A stretch of 64,000 nt of DNA, from NCBI RefSeq assembly GCF_032444005.1, contig NC_091282.1, positions 1,189,594,001-1,189,658,000 on the forward strand, written 5' to 3'. Both the position numbers and the translations under genes were made by a program. This stretch comes from Ranitomeya imitator (lineage: Eukaryota). The notes below the pieces were generated by a model. The model saw nothing but the letters and a program-made list of their open reading frames with translations. It had not been told where the DNA came from and did not search any database. Below, one piece after another: positions 24,093 to 36,030 of the stretch (positions are counted from its first letter, which is position 1; the number at the start of each line of letters is the position of its first letter).

Positions 24093-24399
24093 TAAATCAA
24101 ATAGGGGAGAAGATGCACTGAAATGTTTGGCTGCACCCAGGTTGTGACGAGTTTCGTTTGAACAGTCATTTTGTGCTGACAGACTCTTTTTACAAATTGT
24201 GCAAGAAGATTCAATTATTTTAAAAAAATGCCTTATAATAGATGCATGACACATACTTTTTCATCAGGTTTTATATGTTGGAGGCACAGAGAATAATCAT
24301 GATCTCCTTTAATATATAAGTTACTAGCTATTGAACCCGTTCTATGCCCGGGTGGCGAGCATTTATATTGGTATATGGTCTCCATCCTGGTATGTGCTA

Positions 24400-25110
24400 C
24401 TCCCATCCTGCGCCCTTATCCTGCCATGTGCTGCTTCTAACTTGTGCCCCCATCCTGTCATGTGCTGCTCCCATCCTGTCATGTGCTGCTGCCATCCTGC
24501 TCCCCCATTCTGTCATGTGCTGCTCCCATGCTGAGCCCCGATTCTGTCATGTGCTGCTGCCATCCTGCTTCCCCATGCTGTCATGCGCTGCTCCCATCTT
24601 GAGCCCCCATTCTGTCATGTACTGCTCCCATCCTACGCCCCAGTTCTGTCATGTGCTGCTCCCATCCTGCGCCCCCATTCTGTCATGTGCTGCTCCCATC
24701 CTGAGCCCCGATTCTGTCATGTGCTGCTGCCATCCTGCTTCCTCATTCTGTCATGTGCTGCTCCATCCTGTGCCCCCATGCTGTCATGCGCTGCTCCCAA
24801 CTTGAGCCCCCATTCTGTCATGTACTGCTCCCATCCTGCGCCTCCATTCTGACATGTGCTGCACCCATCCTGCGCCTCCATTCTGTCATGTGCTGCTCCC
24901 ATCCTGCGCCCCCGTTCTGTCATGTGCTGCTTCCATCCTGCACCCCCGTTCTGTCATGTGCTGCTGCCATCCTGCACCCTCGTTCTGTCATGTGCTGCTG
25001 CCATCCTGCACCCCCGTTCTGTCATGTGCTGCTGCCATCCTGCGCCACAGTTCTGTAATGTGCTGCTCCCATCCTGCGCCACCGTTCTGTAATTTGCTGC
25101 TCCCATCCAT
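24400..25110. repeat. ~33-bp minisatellite (CCCATCCTGCGCCCCCATTCTGTCATGTGCTGCT)n
   Basis: Tandem units visible. Confidence 0.92.
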
Positions 25111-25760
25111 ATGCCTCATACGCTGCTCCATAAAGGTTGATGGCACCCATAAGATGCTCCATAGTATATGCCTCATATGCTGCTCCATTATGGTTGATGG
25201 CCCCCATAAGATGCTCCATAGTGTATGCCTCATATGCTGCTCCATTATGGTTGATGGCCCCCATAAGATGCTCCATAGTGTATGCCTCATATGCTGCTCC
25301 ATTATGGTTGATGGCCCCCATAAGATGCTCCATAGTATATGCCTCATATGCTGCACCATTATGGTTGATGGCCCCCATAAGATGCTCCATAGTATATGCC
25401 TCATATGCTGCTCCATTATGGTTGATGGCCCCCATAAGATGCTCCATAGTATATGCCTCATATGCTGCTCCATTATGGTTGATGGCCCCCATAAGATGCT
25501 CCATAGTATATGCCTCATATGCTGCATCATTATGGTTGATGGCCCCCATAAGATGCTCCATAGTATATGCCTCATATGCTGCTCCATTATGCTTGATGGC
25601 CCCCATAAGATGCTCCATAGTATATGCCCCGTATGCTGCTCCATAAAGGTTTATGGCCCCCATAAGATGCTCCATAGTATATGCCCCGTATACTGCTCCA
25701 TAAATGTTGATGGCCCCCATAAGATGCTCCATAGTATTATATGCCCCGTATGCTGCTGCA
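25110..25760. repeat. 57-bp minisatellite (ATATGCCTCATATGCTGCTCCATTATGGTTGATGGCCCCCATAAGATGCTCCATAGT)n
   Basis: About 11 nearly identical tandem units. Confidence 0.95.
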
Positions 25761-26846
25761 ATATATATAAAAAAAACAAACATACTCACCTATCGTCGCT
25801 GGGTGCCGAGTGCTGGGGGGCCTGAGCAGGCGGGGACACCGGCGCGCTGTGCGGGTCAGGTGCCCGAGTCGCCGCTAGCTCAGGCCCCCGACACTTGCTA
25901 TAGTCACCTGTCCCATTCCAGCACTGCGTGCCGCTCCATCTTCCGGGTCCTCTGGCTGTGACTGTTCAGTCAGAGGGCGGCGCGCATTAAGCGCGTCATC
26001 GCGCCCTCTGAACTGAACGTCACAGGCAGAGGACCCGAAAGACGGAGCGGCACACAGCACTGGAACGGGACAGGTGAATATAACATACTCACCCTCCTGG
26101 CATGTCCATGCTTCTCCGTATACCGCATACCGCGATCTCTTGGGCTGCGTCACTCTGTGGGGTCCAGACTGCGCCGGTGCTTGTGCAGTCTATAAAGGCT
26201 TCGGACAGAGTGACGCTCCCAGCGATGTGCATTTTTGAAGATGAAGTTGAAAACTGCATGTGTTGCAAAACTGAAGATATCTAAATCAAGCACTTCCTGC
26301 TGTCACCTTCCTCCTGCCTCCATCAGTTAATTTAGAATTTAGGCTTTTCCTGTTTTAGACGACTTGCATCATTCCTAATTCATAGAAGTCATGAAAGTAA
26401 AAGTACAAGAGAATTACTTCACTGGGGTTTGAATTCATAAATTGACATAATTAGGGATGAGCGATTGTGTTCAGTGATACTGGGATATCACTCGAGTATC
26501 TGGGGGCTCGGATGTGCTCGTTACTTGGCGAGCATTGGGCGGTGCTCAATTTAAAACTCAATGCTTGTATGTTTGGCATCTATTCCACAGCCAATAAGCA
26601 TGCAGGGATTACCTGGGAGTCACTGTAATGCTGCAGCCATCATGTTAGTGACATTACTGTGATTGGCTGGTCGTGTGACATCAACAGCAGGCATTATTAA
26701 AGGACAGGCACCACCAGGTTTGATACACTGACACGATTGCACAGCTCTGTGACAGTTGATATTGGAGGGAAAAACTGCTTGCCCAGGCATGTGTGTGCAC
26801 AGTTTAACGAATCGGATTCCTATAGTGTTGATACTGGTGGTGAAGG

Positions 26847-27734
26847 TGTGGTGCCCCAGGGTCTTGGTCATCACAGTAGCATTGCTTCCCTCACGGGGGG
26901 AGGTGATGTTACGTTTGGAGGCAAGAAGGGATAACTGACACCAGGTAAACACAAGCATGCAACACATTCACACTCCAGGCCACCAGGGGGAGCTTTTGAT
27001 CCTATTTACTAGGTGACTCCCCATATATATGGCAGTCTGTAGGGAAAGTTACTCAGATCTAGCCAGGAAGCAGACTGGAGCAGTCTGAGGCAGAAGAGGG
27101 TTTATGGAGCTGTGTAGCCACAGTGCTGCAGCTCCTGGAAAGAGACATTCATAAAGCCGAACATATTGTAGTAAGCGTGCAGGAGAGGGAATCACAGGAG
27201 AGGAACACCAGTGGGAAACCAGCCGCGAGCAGGCTGCCTCCTTCTGAGGCGTAGAGACCGGTAGCCAGAAAACCAAGGTTGTAAGGGCCTCTACGACTTA
27301 CATCAGAGATCGGCATGACAGCTGAACTCCAAGTTACCGGACCCTGCCTGCCCTGTGCTCTGGTGCCCTGGAAAGTGGCAGCCTGAAGTTGACAGTAAAC
27401 CAGGTAAAGAGACTGCAAACCTGTGTCCTCGTTCTTTACTGCGCCATTCACCATTTTCCATCTACACACCGGGAGCCCTGGGGATATACTTCCCCTTTGG
27501 GAAGGTATACCATCTAGCTGCCATAACATCACCCCAGAGGACCCCTGAAAGCAGCGTCGGTCGCTACTGACTGGAATACCACAGGTGGCGTCCCGAACAT
27601 AAACTTTATTCCCTTTAGAGACCTTTCCCCTTTTACATGGGCGCCAAGGGCCACAGAACGAGTCGCCACCATGACATCCCCCTGTGAACGCAGGACCCGG
27701 TACCGAGTAACCCACGGCCCTGGCAGGCGACTCA
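26847..27734 (-). mobile_element. Solo LTR (888 bp)
   Basis: TG...CA termini, AAGG 4-bp TSD on both sides, and reverse-complement homology to the LTRs at 46054-48458 and 59683-60777. Confidence 0.85.
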
Positions 27735-27934
27735 AAGGTGTACCATCATACTAAGAGTATGTCAGGATTTCATCAGGATTTGACACAGGCAAAATCTGCA
27801 CCAAATCTGCACCTGAGGTCACTGGCAGGTCACCTGCATTTTTTATGCGTTTATTCCGCATGCGATTTTGATGCATTTTTTCAATGCATGCATTTTTTTG
27901 CCACTTTGAATAAAGCTAATTGAAAGTTGGCTTC

Positions 27935-28515
27935 TGGGAAGGCAAAAAAAGAACATCTTGCCAACCATTAAGCAAGGGGGTGGACCAATCATGCTTTGGG
28001 GTTGTGTTGCAGTCAATGGCGCAGGGAATATTTCATTAATAAGGGAATTATTGATTCAATGAAACTTCAATAATTTTTTGATGCAAACATAACATCATCT
28101 GTAAAAAAACTGAAGTTGAAAACAGGATGACTTCTACAGATTGATAATGATCCTAAATACGTGTCAAAGTCCACAATAGACGACTTCAAAAGGAGCAAGC
28201 TGAAGGTTTAACAATAGCCCTCACAGTCCCCTGATCTGAACATCATTGAAAATCTTTGGCTAGACCTTAAAATACCAGTGCATGCAAGACGACCCAGTAA
28301 TCTCACAGAACTGAAGAATTTTCCAAGGAAGAATAAATGAAAATCCCTCAAACAAGAATTGAAAGACTCTTGGCTGGCTGCAAAAAGCATTTAAAAGTGG
28401 TGATACTTGCAAAATGGGTGCTACTACATTCTAACTATACAGTGTGCCCAAACTTTTGCATTAGTCCATTTTCCTTTTTTTAATTTTTAAAATCTAAAAA
28501 ATGACAATATATTTT
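27935..28515 (+). mobile_element. Degenerate Tc1 transposon, 3' transposase fragment (right end resumes at ~33290-33410)
   Basis: Broken frames read [39 protein letters not shown]. The terminal sequence ends ...ACATGCCACTG|TA at ~33410. Confidence 0.75.
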
Positions 28516-29939
28516 TTAACCCCTTTCTGCCATTGGACGTAATATTCCGTCCATGTGGGGTGGGCCTTAATTCCCAAGGACGGAATATTACGTCCAGTGC
28601 GATCGGCCGCGCTTACGGGGGGAGCGCCGCCGATCGCGGCCGGGTGTCAGCTGCTTATCGCAGCTGACATCCGGCACTATGTGCCAGGAGCGGTCACAGA
28701 CCGCCCCCGGCACATTAACCCCCGGCACACCGCGATCAAAGATGATCGCGATGTGCCGGCGGTGCAGGGAAGCATCGCGCAGGGAGGGGGCTCCCTGCGT
28801 GCTTCCCTGAGACCCCCGCAGCAACGCGATGTGATCGCGTTGCTCCGGGGGTCTCCTACCTCCCTCCCTGCAGTAAGTCCCGGATCCAAGATGGCCGCGG
28901 ATCCGGGTCCTGCAGGGAGGGAGGTGGCTTACCAAGTGCCTGCTCAGAGCAGGCACTTGGTAACGCTGCACTGCTCTCAGACAGATCGGTGATCTGTCAG
29001 AGTGCTGTGCAAACTGGCAGATCACCGATCTGTATTGTCCCCCCCGGGACAAAGTAAAAAAGTTAAAAAAAAAATTTCCAAGTGTGTAAAAAAAAAATAA
29101 AAAAATCCTAAATAATGAAAAAAAAAACAAAATATTATTCCCATAAATACATTTCTTTATCTAAATAAAAAAAAACCAATAAAAGTACACATATTTTGTA
29201 TCGCCGCGTCCGTAACGACCCGACCTATAAAACTGGCCCACTAGTTAACCCCTTCAGTAAACACTGTAAGAAAAAAAAAAAAAAAACGAGGCAAAAAACA
29301 ACGCTTTATTATCATACCGCCAAACAAAAAGTGGAATAACACGCGATCAAAAAGACGGATATATATAACCATGGTACCGCTGAAAGCGTCATCTTGTCCC
29401 GCAAAAAATGAGCCGCCATACAGCAACATCAGCAAAAAAATAAAAAAGTTATAGTCCTCAGAATAAAGCGATGCAAAAATAATTATTTTTTTCTATAAAA
29501 TAGTTTTTATCGTATAAAAGCGCCAAAACATACAAAAAATGATATAAATGAGGTGTCGCTGTAATCGTACTGAACCGAAGAATAAAACTGCTTTATCAAT
29601 TTTACCAAACGCGGAACGGTATAAACGCCTCCCCCAAAAGAAATTCATGAATAGCTGGTTTTTGGTCATTCTGCCTCACAAAAATCGGAATAAAAAGCGA
29701 TCAAAAAATGTGATGTGCCCGAAAATGTTACCAATAAAAACGTCAACTCGTCCCGCAAAAAACAAGACCTCACATGACTCTGTGGACTCAAATATGGAAA
29801 AATTATAGCTCTCAAAATGTGGTAACGCAAAAAATATTTTTTGCAATAATAAGCGTCTTTCGGTGTGTGACGGCTGCCAATCATAAAAATCCGCTAAAAA
29901 ACCCGCTATAAAAGTAAATGAAAAAAATGTATTTATTTC

Positions 29940-30159
29940 NNNNNNNNNNNNNNNNNNNNNNNNNNNNNNNNNNNNNNNNNNNNNNNNNNNNNNNNNNNNN
30001 NNNNNNNNNNNNNNNNNNNNNNNNNNNNNNNNNNNNNNNNNNNNNNNNNNNNNNNNNNNNNNNNNNNNNNNNNNNNNNNNNNNNNNNNNNNNNNNNNNNN
30101 NNNNNNNNNNNNNNNNNNNNNNNNNNNNNNNNNNNNNNNNNNNNNNNNNNNNNNNNNNN
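29940..30159. other. N run (220 bp)
   Basis: Run of N directly abutting a TTAGGG-like array. Confidence 1.
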
Positions 30160-30400
30160 CTAGGGTTGGGACTAGGGTTAGGGTTAGGGCTAGGGCTAGG
30201 GTTAGGGCTAGGGTTAGGGCTAGGGTTAGGGTTAAGGCTACAGTTAGGGTTGGGGCTAAAGTTAGGGTTAGGGTTTGGATTACATTTACGGTTGGGAATA
30301 GGGTTGGGATTAGGGTTAGGGGTGTGTCTGGGTTAGAGGTGTGGTTAGGGTTACCGTTGGGATTAGGGTTAGGGGTGTGTTTGGATTAGGGTTTCAGTTA
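30160..30400 (+). repeat. Interstitial telomere-like (TTAGGG/CTAGGG/TTGGGG)n array
   Basis: Direct reading of the hexamer variants. Confidence 0.9.
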
Positions 30401-32640
30401 TAATTGGGGGGTTTCCACTGTTTAGGCACATCAGGGGGATCTCCAAACGCGACATGGCGACCGATCTCAATTCCATCCAATTCTGCATTGAAAAAGTAAA
30501 ACAGTGCTCTTTCCCTTCCGAGCTCTCCCGTGTGCCCAAACAGGAGTTTACCCCAACATATGGGGTATCAGCGTACTCAGGACAAATTGGGCAACAACTT
30601 TTGGGGTCCAATTTCTCCTGTTACCCTTGGGAAAATACAAAACTGGGGGCTAAAAAATATTTTTTGTGGGAAAAAAAGAGATTTTTTATTTTCACGGCTC
30701 TGCGTTATAAACTGTAGTGAAACACTTGGGGGCTCAAAGTTCTCACAACACATCTAGATAAGTTCGTGGGGGGGTCTAGTTTCCAATATGGGGTCACTTG
30801 TGGGGGTTTCTACTGTTTAGGTATATTAGGGGCTCTGCAAACGCAATGTGACGCCTGCAGACCATTCCATCTAAGTCTGCATTCCAAATGGCGCTCCTTC
30901 CCTTCCGAGCCCTCCCATGCGCCCAAACGCTGGTTCCCCCCCACTCATGGGGTATCAACGCACTCAGGACAAATTGGACAACAACTTTTGGGGTCCAATT
31001 TCTCCTTTTACCCTCGAGAAAATACAAAACAGGGGGCTAAAAAATAATTTTGAGGGGAAATTTTTTTTTTTATTTTCACGGCTCTGCGTTATAAACTGTA
31101 GTGAAATACTTGGGGGCTCAAAGTTCTCACAACACATCTCGATAAGTTCCTTGGGGGGTCTAGTTTCCAATATGGGGTCACTTGTGGGGGGTTTCTACTA
31201 TTTAGGTACATTAGGGGCTCTGCCAACACAATGTGACGCCTGCAGACCATTCCACCTAAGTCTGTATTCCAAATGGCGCTCCTTCCCTTCCGAGCCCTCC
31301 CATGCGCCCAAACGCTGGTTCTCCCCCACATATAGGGTATCAGCGCACTCAGGACAAATTGCACAACAACTTTTGGAAAATACAAAACTGGGGGCTAAAA
31401 AATTATTTTTGTGGGAAAAAATTTTTGTTTTATTTTTACGGCTCTGCATTCTAAACTTCTGTGAAGCTCTTATTGGGTCAAAGTGCTCACCACACATCTA
31501 GATAAGTTCCTTAGGGGGTCTACTTTTCAAAATGGTGTCACTTGTGGGGGGTTTCAATGTTTCGGTACATCAGTGGCTCTCCAAACGCAACATGGCGTCC
31601 CATCTCAATTCCTGTCAATTTTGCATTGAAAGGTCAAACGGCGTTCCTTCCCTTCCGAGCTCTCCCATGCGCCCATACAATGGTTTACCCCCACATATGG
31701 GGTATCAGAGTACTCAGGACAAATTGTGCCACAACTTTTGTGGTCCAATTTCTTCTCTTACCATTGGGAAAATAAAAAATTGGGGCGAAAAGATAATTTT
31801 TGTGAAAAAAAAATGATTTTTTATTTTTACGGTTCTGCATTATAAACTTCTGTGAAGCACTTGGTGGGTCAAAGTGCTCACCACACCTCTAGATAAGTTC
31901 CTTAGGGGGTCTACTTTCCAAAATGGTGTCACTTGTGGGGGGGTTTCAATGTTTAGGCACATCAGTGGCTCTCCAAACGCAACATGGCATCCCATCTCAA
32001 TTCCTGTCAATTTTGCATTGAAAGGTCAAACGGCGCTCCTTCCCTTCCGAGCTCTCCCATGCGCCCAAACAATGGTTTACCCCCACATATGGGGTATCAG
32101 AGTACTCAGGACAAATTGTGCCACAACTTTTGTGGTCCAATTTCTTCTCTTACCATTGGGAAAATAAAAAATTGGGGGCGAAAAGATAATTTTTGTGAAA
32201 AAAAATGATTTTTTATTTTTACGGTTCTGCATTATAAACTTCTGTGAAGCACTTGGTGGGTCAAAGTGCTCACCACACCTCTAGATAAGTTCCTTAGGGG
32301 GTCTACTTTCCAAAATGGTGTCACTTGTGGGTGGTTTCAATGTTTAGGCACATCAGTGGCTCTCCAAACGCAACATGGCGTCCCATCTCAATTCCAGTCA
32401 ATTTTGCATTGAAAAGTCAAATGGCGCTCCTTCCCTTCCGAGCTCTGCCATGCGCCCAAACTGTGGTTATCCCCCACATATGGGGTATCAGCGTACTCAG
32501 GACAAATTGTACAACAACGTTTGGGGTCCATTTTCTCCTGTAACCCTTGGTAAAATAAAACAAATTGGAGCTGAAGTAAATTTTTTGTGAAAAAAGTTAA
32601 ATGTTAATTTTTATTTAAACATTCCAAAAATTCCTGTGAA
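30400..32640 (+). repeat. ~360-390-bp tandem repeat inside the piggyBac-type element (about 6 units)
   Basis: The marker GTCACTTGTGGG recurs at about 30792, 31177, 31538, 31929 and 32321. Confidence 0.9.
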
Positions 32641-33204
32641 GCACCTGAAGGGTTAATAAACTTCTTGAATGTGGTTTTGAGAACCTTGAGGGGTGCAGTT
32701 TTTAGAATGGTGTCACACTTGGGTATTTTCTATCATATAGACCCCTCAAAATGACTTCAAATGAGATGTGGTCCCTAAAATAAAATGGTGTTGTAAAAAT
32801 GAGAAATTGCTGGTCAACTTTTAACCCTTATAACTCCCTAACAAAAAAAAATTTTGGTTCCAAAATTGTGCTGATGTAAAGTAGACATGTGGGAAATGTT
32901 ACTTATTAAGTATTTTGTGTGACATATCTCTGTGATTTAATTGCATAAAAATTCAAAGTTGGAAAATTGCGAAATTTTCAAAATTTTCGCCAAATTTCCA
33001 TTTTTTTCACAAATAAACGCAGGTAATATCAAAGAAATTTTACCACTATCATGAAGTACAATATGTCACGAGAAAACAATGTCAGAATCACCGGGATCCG
33101 TTGAAGCGTTCCAGAGTTATAACCTCATAAAGGGACAGTGGTCAGAATTGTAAAAATTGGCCCGGTCCATAACGTGCAAACCACCCTTGGGGGTAAAGGG
33201 GTTA

Positions 33205-33270
33205 ATAATAATAATCTTTATTTTTATATAGCGCTAACATATTCCGCAGCGCTTTACAGTTTTGCACACA
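33205..33270 (-). mobile_element. Very short 3' tail of an L2-type LINE
   Basis: Minus strand CTGTAAAGCGCTGCGGAATATGTTAGCGCTATATAAAAATAAAG(ATT)n resembles the L2 3' terminus. Confidence 0.6.
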
Positions 33271-33409
33271 TTTTTTGTGCTTAAAATACAAAGAAAATTT
33301 GTTGTGTTAAACTTTAGCCATTTTAGTGATCATTTCATCTTCAACTTGCTTAACTGTTCACAATAAGAGTAATTTTGGCCAAGGATGCCTAAACGTTTAC
33401 ATGCCACTG

Positions 33410-34345
33410 TAGTATATCTTGACTTCAAAAAAGCGTTCGATAAAGTATCTCATACTTTCCTTATTGAAAAATGACTACGCATGGTTGCACATCTAATTAG
33501 AGTGTTTCAAGTGGGGCACTACAAGGCTCTGTTCTGGCCCCAGTGTTGGTCACCATTTTTATAAATGATCTAGATACGGGAACTGAAGATAAACTAATCA
33601 AATTTGCAGACGATGCAAACCCCGGAGGGATACCTAACACTATAGAAGACAGAGAAAGGAATCAGTAGGATCGAGATAATAGAATGGTATTTAACAGAGA
33701 GATATGCAAGATTTTACATTTGGGCAAGGAAAAACAAAATTACATCTACAGAATGGGAGAATGTGAAAAGATTTGGGTATTCTAATAGATCACAGGCTGC
33801 ACATGATTCAACAGCGTGATGCAGCAGCGAAAAGGGCAAACACAGTTCTAGGATGTATTAAGAGAAGCATAGAGTCTAGATCACGTGAAGTAATTATCCC
33901 CTTCTACTCCTCTTTGGTCAAACCTATAGAATTCTGTGTTCAGTTCTGGGCACCACATTTAAAAAAAAAAAAAAAAAAACTGGGAAAAAAACTGGAGCTA
34001 CCAGGATGGTGAGCGGACTGCAAAGTATGTCCTTTGAGGAACGGTTAAAGCATCTAGAAATGTTTAACTTGCAGAAAAGAAGGCTAAAAGGAGACTAAAT
34101 AGCTGTCTACAAATATCTGAAGGGCTGTCACAGTGTGAAGGGATCATCATTATTCTCATTTGCACATGGAAACACGAGAAGTAATGGAATGATACTGAAA
34201 GGGTGAAGATACAGATTAGATATTAGAAAAAACTTTGCGACTGTGAGGGTGATCAATGAGTGGAACAGGCTGCCATGAGAGGTGATGAGTTCTCCTTCAA
34301 TGGAAGTCTTCAAACAGAGGCTAGACAGACATCTGTCTGAGATGG
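33410..34345 (+). mobile_element. Degenerate CR1 LINE, 3' RT fragment
   Basis: [72 protein letters not shown] and a CR1-like 3' region. Confidence 0.88.
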
Positions 34346-34759
34346 TTTATGCTTAATTACACCCTGTATGAGATATTAAACCCCAGGAACCATGATAGCT
34401 CCCACTCTAACAAGGGTATTGTACACCTTTCCCCAATTAAAGGTTACCCTAAATGTCCCTACTTATCTCCAGATGTGGTTCTTCGATAGAGGAGTCCATT
34501 CACTGCCTCGCTTCTGGATTTCACCAGTATCTACATCTTCAAAATGCAGATAAGGTCGAATACAGTAGTGGAAGATTAAGCCATTGACTCCCTCTTCCAC
34601 TATTCTGTCTGTGTGACTGAGTCTCAGTGCAGCAGGTGCCATGACATCATAAGATTTCACCTACAGCGTAGAGCCTCAGTCCTTACTGTGGATAGACCAA
34701 ATTAGTGCATATGGAGCCATCATACTGTTCATAGGGGACTGTGGGGTGTATCATACTGT

Positions 34760-36030
34760 GTCCAAGGAAAGCCTGGAGGGGCTAACTAGGAGCCTCACTT
34801 AATCTGACCTCAGATACACAGCGGCTTATGAAACTGTGATCTGAGGAGAAACAAAGGAGGTGGACCAGGTGCTACTCCAGGACTGACCTCGTGTAGACGG
34901 CAGCTGACCCCCTAAGGACAGGTATCTTGGACAGCCTAAAAGAAGGTACAGTAGATGTAGGCAGGAGCTATATGAACACGGGAACAACAGATTCAGACTT
35001 GACCGGCTGATGTACAGATGTGCACTGGCAGGTGCGGCTGGATCAGCTGATGTGAAGATGAGCCTAGCAGGTGCGGCTGGGGAGGATGATGGATAGATGA
35101 GCACTGACAGATGAACAGATGTAGATGAGCTTGGGCAGGGGCAGCCTGGGCCAACTGACAGGCAGGCAGGCAGGCATGGCTAAGAGACATGCAGGCGGGC
35201 ACGGCTGATAGGCAGGAAGGGATGACTGATAGAAAGTCAGGTATACATGAATACGAGCACTGGGATCTGAGAACTAACAAGAGTGTTTAGGAACAAACTT
35301 AAAATGTTGCAGATGTACCTCCCTTCAGGTGGAGATGCCTTAAGTAATGAGTGTCTCCAAGATATTGACTGGGGACACTTTAGGACATTGCATGCTGTCT
35401 CTTTAAGAGGATAGGACCGTGTGTGCACCCTTAGCATAGTGCCTGGAGAACTGCGCGCAGAGTGAGTATCACGGGTGTGACGCTAGTCACAACCCACGGC
35501 TAGTCCGTGAATCAGCGTAGTTAGACGTTCCATGGTAAATACCAAAAGATCACGTAGCAAACCAAGGGAAAATACGAAGTGGTAAGTCAGGTCACATGCC
35601 AGGGTCAGAATACCAGAGAAACAGCAGCTAAGCAAAGAGGCAATAAGAAACGGTAGTCTGAACACGGTTAAAAGGTCAGCAAAGGAATATCAGATGCAAA
35701 GGGGCAATAACAAATGTGTAGTCTGAACACGGTCCAAAAGTCATCAGCAGAAGAAGATCAGAACTTACAGCACAGTGTACAGGCGAACACACAAGAGAGC
35801 AGACGCTTAGAACAAGCTTTTGACTGGCAATGATCTGAGCCAGACAGCTCACCTAAATAGCAGGGCAGTTACCAAGAATATGGAGCACCTGTTGAAATCT
35901 CAGAGGAGGGGAATTGTGACATCGGGCATCTGCAGCCAGAGCAGGAAGTGAGGGACAGCGGCCATGGCGGTGAGTAAGTCAGTGTCTCTGACGGGAAAGA
36001 GGGACATCAGGCAGAGACACCGGCGCTACA
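34760..36030 (-). mobile_element. Possible degenerate LTR-retrotransposon fragment (LTR plus gag start)
   Basis: Minus-strand TGTAGCGCC start near 36029 and weak gag-like residues downstream. No diagnostic motif. Confidence 0.3.

Larger units (their letters stand above)
24324..26240 (-). mobile_element. Non-autonomous Helitron-like element carrying two minisatellites
   Basis: Minus-strand end ...ACCCG-GGCATAGAA-CGGGT-TCAATAG-CTAG|T is a subterminal hairpin plus CTAG followed by T. The 5' TC end is uncertain (~26225-26245). Confidence 0.6.
28520..33201 (+). mobile_element. Non-autonomous piggyBac-type element (4.7 kb) with telomere-like array and ~390-bp tandem units
   Basis: TTAA|CCCCTTT at 28516-28526 and AAAGGGG|TTAA at 33195-33205. 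No transposase ORF seen. Confidence 0.82.

Noticed and set aside
24344-25825. ORFs up to 323 aa with Cys/His-rich repeats
   Set aside because: Translations of the 33-bp and 57-bp minisatellites, not zinc-finger genes.
30160-30400. A true telomere or chromosome-fusion site
   Set aside because: The arrays are short, degenerate, in one orientation, and sit at the same position inside three copies of a transposon.
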